Of a stretch of DNA of 64,000 nt, positions 62,301 to 64,000 are shown piece by piece; positions within the stretch are counted from its first letter, which is position 1; every line of letters begins with the position of its first letter. Origin of the DNA: Podarcis melisellensis (Eukaryota); assembly GCA_964234715.1 (NCBI GenBank), contig OZ174281.1; one strand, 5' to 3'. The notes under the pieces were generated by a model, which ran no database searches, was not told the origin of the DNA, and worked only from the letters and a program-made list of their open reading frames with translations. The position numbers and the translations under genes were made by a program.

Positions 62301-62699
62301 CCAACAAACAGCAGCACTTCAGTAGCTTACCCTTCTTGTCTCTGTGTTCTATACTGGCACCACGTGCTATCAATACAGAGACGAGCTCTTCGTGACCACC
62401 AGCACATGCAAGAGTCAGCGCAGTATCGTGGTTACTCTCCGTCTTAACAGTAGAAAGGATATGTTAGGTTTACTAAATACACACCTTATTACTACTCTGT
62501 TATAAACAGAAACAACTATTATATTAAAAACAGCTTTGTAACTTATCTACATTACTCACGTGGGCATCAATGTCAACTGAAGGATACGTGGGGAGCACAG
62601 ATTGAGAAGTGACACTGAGTGTTTGCGAACAAGGTTCAGGTGTAGGCGATTCTGTAGCATGTGAAGAATTGGAGCCAGTAGGCACTCTGCTATTAACAG
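31043..62699 (-). CDS. ANKHD1: Ankyrin repeat and KH domain-containing protein 1 (MASK1), 3' 19 coding exons; 5' part lies beyond the window
   Basis: Minus-strand exons with consistent phases: 62699-62560, 62442-62331, 61961-61816, 60064-59922, 59473-59260, 57636-57461, 55853-55691, 52830-52735, 50948-50832, 50294-50120, 47949-47493, 44771-44625, 40717-40568 (KH), 40459-38847, 36718-36539, 35049-34798, 33321-33146, 31570-31406, 31102-31043 (IWPGTWAPHIGNMHLKYVN*). Ankyrin repeats such as TPLMEAASGGY and TALTLACFQGR. Adjacency to SRA1/APBB3 identifies ANKHD1 rather than ANKRD17. Confidence 0.96.
36016..36073. repeat. (GA)n microsatellite
   Basis: About 29 perfect AG units. Confidence 0.97.
38847..40459 (-). 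CDS. ANKHD1: ANKHD1 large (1613 nt) Ser/Pro/Thr-rich exon, starting with the end of the KH domain
   Basis: Covers the 539-aa ORF 38812-40431; acceptor tttcag and donor gtgagt on minus. Confidence 0.95.
40568..40717 (-). CDS. ANKHD1: ANKHD1 KH-domain exon
   Basis: SKKLSVPASVVSRIMGRGGCNITAIQDVTGAHIDVDKQ with the GxxG loop (GRGG). Confidence 0.95.
40795..40879 (+). mobile_element. Sauria SINE 3' fragment
   Basis: gatgagcgctgcaccccatagtc...ccaggagtcctttacctttaacc matches the 3' end of the copy at 61114-61460. Confidence 0.75.
42483..44190 (-). mobile_element. L2/CR1-clade LINE, degenerate RT and 3' region
   Basis: Broken minus-strand ORFs with QQYADDT (RT core), LDPFQLGF and LVLTYKALN; AT-rich 3' tail near 42483-42530. 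Confidence 0.85.
42633..42725. mobile_element. 93-bp palindromic hAT-type MITE nested in the L2
   Basis: TIRs CCTAGCTATCAAC / GTTGACAGCTATG; 8-bp TSD TGTAGAAT (42625-42632, 42726-42733). Confidence 0.8.
46627..46844. mobile_element. Tigger/pogo-like MITE
   Basis: TIRs C(C/A)GTGGTACC ... GGTACCACTG with TA TSD; internal TAACCTGA repeats. Confidence 0.85.
49110..49860 (+). mobile_element. L2/CR1-clade LINE fragment
   Basis: ctgaggcttaatccagacaagacggaggtgct (LRLNPDKTEV), aaactccaactggtgcag, caattcaaagtgcttg typical of the L2 ORF2 C-terminal half. Confidence 0.8.
50457..50539. repeat. (AAAT/AAAAT)n-(AAT)n microsatellite
   Basis: Seen directly in the sequence. Confidence 0.95.
53060..55300 (-). 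mobile_element. Older fragmented L2/CR1-clade LINE
   Basis: Patchy similarity to the 42483-44190 element on the same strand; interrupted by a microsatellite and other inserts. Confidence 0.6.
53233..53324. repeat. (ATATG)n-(TATC)n compound microsatellite
   Basis: Seen directly in the sequence. Confidence 0.95.
60349..60479. mobile_element. Palindromic hAT-type MITE
   Basis: CAAGGTTTCCCAAA ... TTTGGGAAACCCTG, long internal inverted symmetry, near-perfect 8-bp TSD GTCTATAT/CTCTATAT; degraded relatives near 37314, 55450 and 56850. Confidence 0.82.
61114..61460 (+). mobile_element. Sauria SINE, full length (different subfamily or older copy)
   Basis: tRNA-like head GGGATGTGGTTGGTGCTGTGGTCTAAACC, CCTTTACCTTT tail, perfect 13-bp TSD TACAGTTACAGGT (61101-61113, 61461-61473). 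Confidence 0.92.
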
Positions 62700-63359
62700 C
62701 TGGAAAAAAAGGATAACATTTAACATCACTTGCATAAAGAGCTCCTTTCCCAGAGAAATCATGTCTTATTAATTACGAAACTTGTTACTGAATAATGAAC
62801 TTACAGGGAAATGCAAAATTGTACCCCAACCCCAGAAACACTTAGAATAGATTTTCACTTTAAATTTTGTACTCTGGTGTGTGGGTGGGTGTGTATATAT
62901 ACACACTCACACCCTAAAGAGTGTGAAGGGCACACATGTAAGATCTGAAGCATACCCCTTTAAAATATTTGGAAGCAGGCATAGGAAAATATCTCTCCTC
63001 ATCCCCCCAAATCAAGACAGGCATCATATTTTACATGTGTAATCTCCTTCAAACTTGATGGACTATGCTATGGTTCTATCTGACTTTCCACTTACACTCC
63101 TGAAGCCGCACAATAATAAAATACAACATGTAAAGAACTGGCTCACAGATACCCAGTTTCAGTGAATTTTGATTCTAAGTAAGCAAACTCAGCGAAAATT
63201 AATTGCAAACCTGCATTGGGTAACTCAAGATCCTACTATTATAGAAAAAAATTTCTACACATTTTTTTCTGAAACATGCACATTTTGACACTATTATACC
63301 CCTCCCTATATTTGCCTTTATTCTAAATTAAGCCTTAAGTATTGTAACCTTTACTTGCA

Positions 63360-63975
63360 GGAGCTGCTCTGGCTCCTTGATCATGACCAGAACTGCACAT
63401 AGTATTCAAAGTGTGATTGTACCATAGATTTATATAAAGACATTACACTATCAGAAGTTTTAGTTTAAGGCATTTCCCTAAAGGATTCCAGTTGCCACAT
63501 ATTAGGTTAACATTTTCATTGAGCTATCCACCAAAATCAGCTATTGAATGCTCAGACTCCATTAGGAGTTATGATTTTTCACTCCAACTTGCACAATTTT
63601 GCAGAATTTGTCACTGTAATACCTATTCACCCACTTTGGAGCTCTTCACAATCCCTTTTCATTTTTACTACACTGAAAAATTTGGTGTCATTAGAAAATT
63701 TGGTCACCTCAACTCCAGGTGATTTATGAACAATTTAAAAAGCACCAATCCTAATATAAATCATTTGGCAATGGCCATTCCTCACTTTCTCCTTTGTGAG
63801 AACTGTCCAGTTGTTCCTAATTCTCTGCTTCCTGCCCTGTTATTTGTATATATTTTATTTGTATATATTGCTTGTTTTATGTTGCTAGGGCCGTTGGCTA
63901 ATGTGAATAAAGTTTATCTTATCTTTTATCTTATCTTATCTTATCATCTTCCTGCCCTGTAACTAGTTAATCTTA
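63360..63975 (-). mobile_element. CR1 LINE fragment with a nested insertion
   Basis: gaccagaactgcacatagtattcaaagtg and tttggtgtcattagaaaattt correspond to reverse-complement CR1 ORF2 motifs (degenerate KFADDTK). Confidence 0.6.
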
Positions 63976-64000
63976 TCCTGTAACTCCTAAGTTTATTCAA

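Noticed and set aside
1-64000. CRISPR arrays, operons, rRNA or intact tRNA genes
   Set aside because: This is a vertebrate intron-exon locus; no repeat-spacer array or intact structural RNA gene was seen.

Overview
Vertebrate genomic DNA, not prokaryotic. The repeat content (Sauria SINEs, BovB/RTE LINE, L2/CR1 fragments, TA- and 8-bp-TSD MITEs) points to a squamate reptile, probably a lacertid lizard. Three intron-containing genes were rebuilt by hand from splice sites and reading frame. APBB3 (+) has 12 coding exons at 2941-14282, including a 6-nt microexon; its first coding exon was not found in the window. SRA1 (+) is complete, with 5 exons at 19037-24381, 238 aa and a CpG-island promoter. 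The 3' part of ANKHD1 (-) has 19 exons at 62699-31043 (second ankyrin cluster, KH domain, C-terminus). This matches the human APBB3-SRA1-EIF4EBP3-ANKHD1 block, except that no intact EIF4EBP3 is visible in the ~6 kb between SRA1 and ANKHD1; only faint possible relics remain, in the expected order. Other points of interest: the microexon's regulatory context, the G-rich SRA1 intron 1, complementary (GGC)n/(CCG)n tracts in SRA1 exon 2, and two candidate internal promoters in ANKHD1 introns. An assembly gap lies at 19680-20146. Human reference sequences were compared from memory, not by search.
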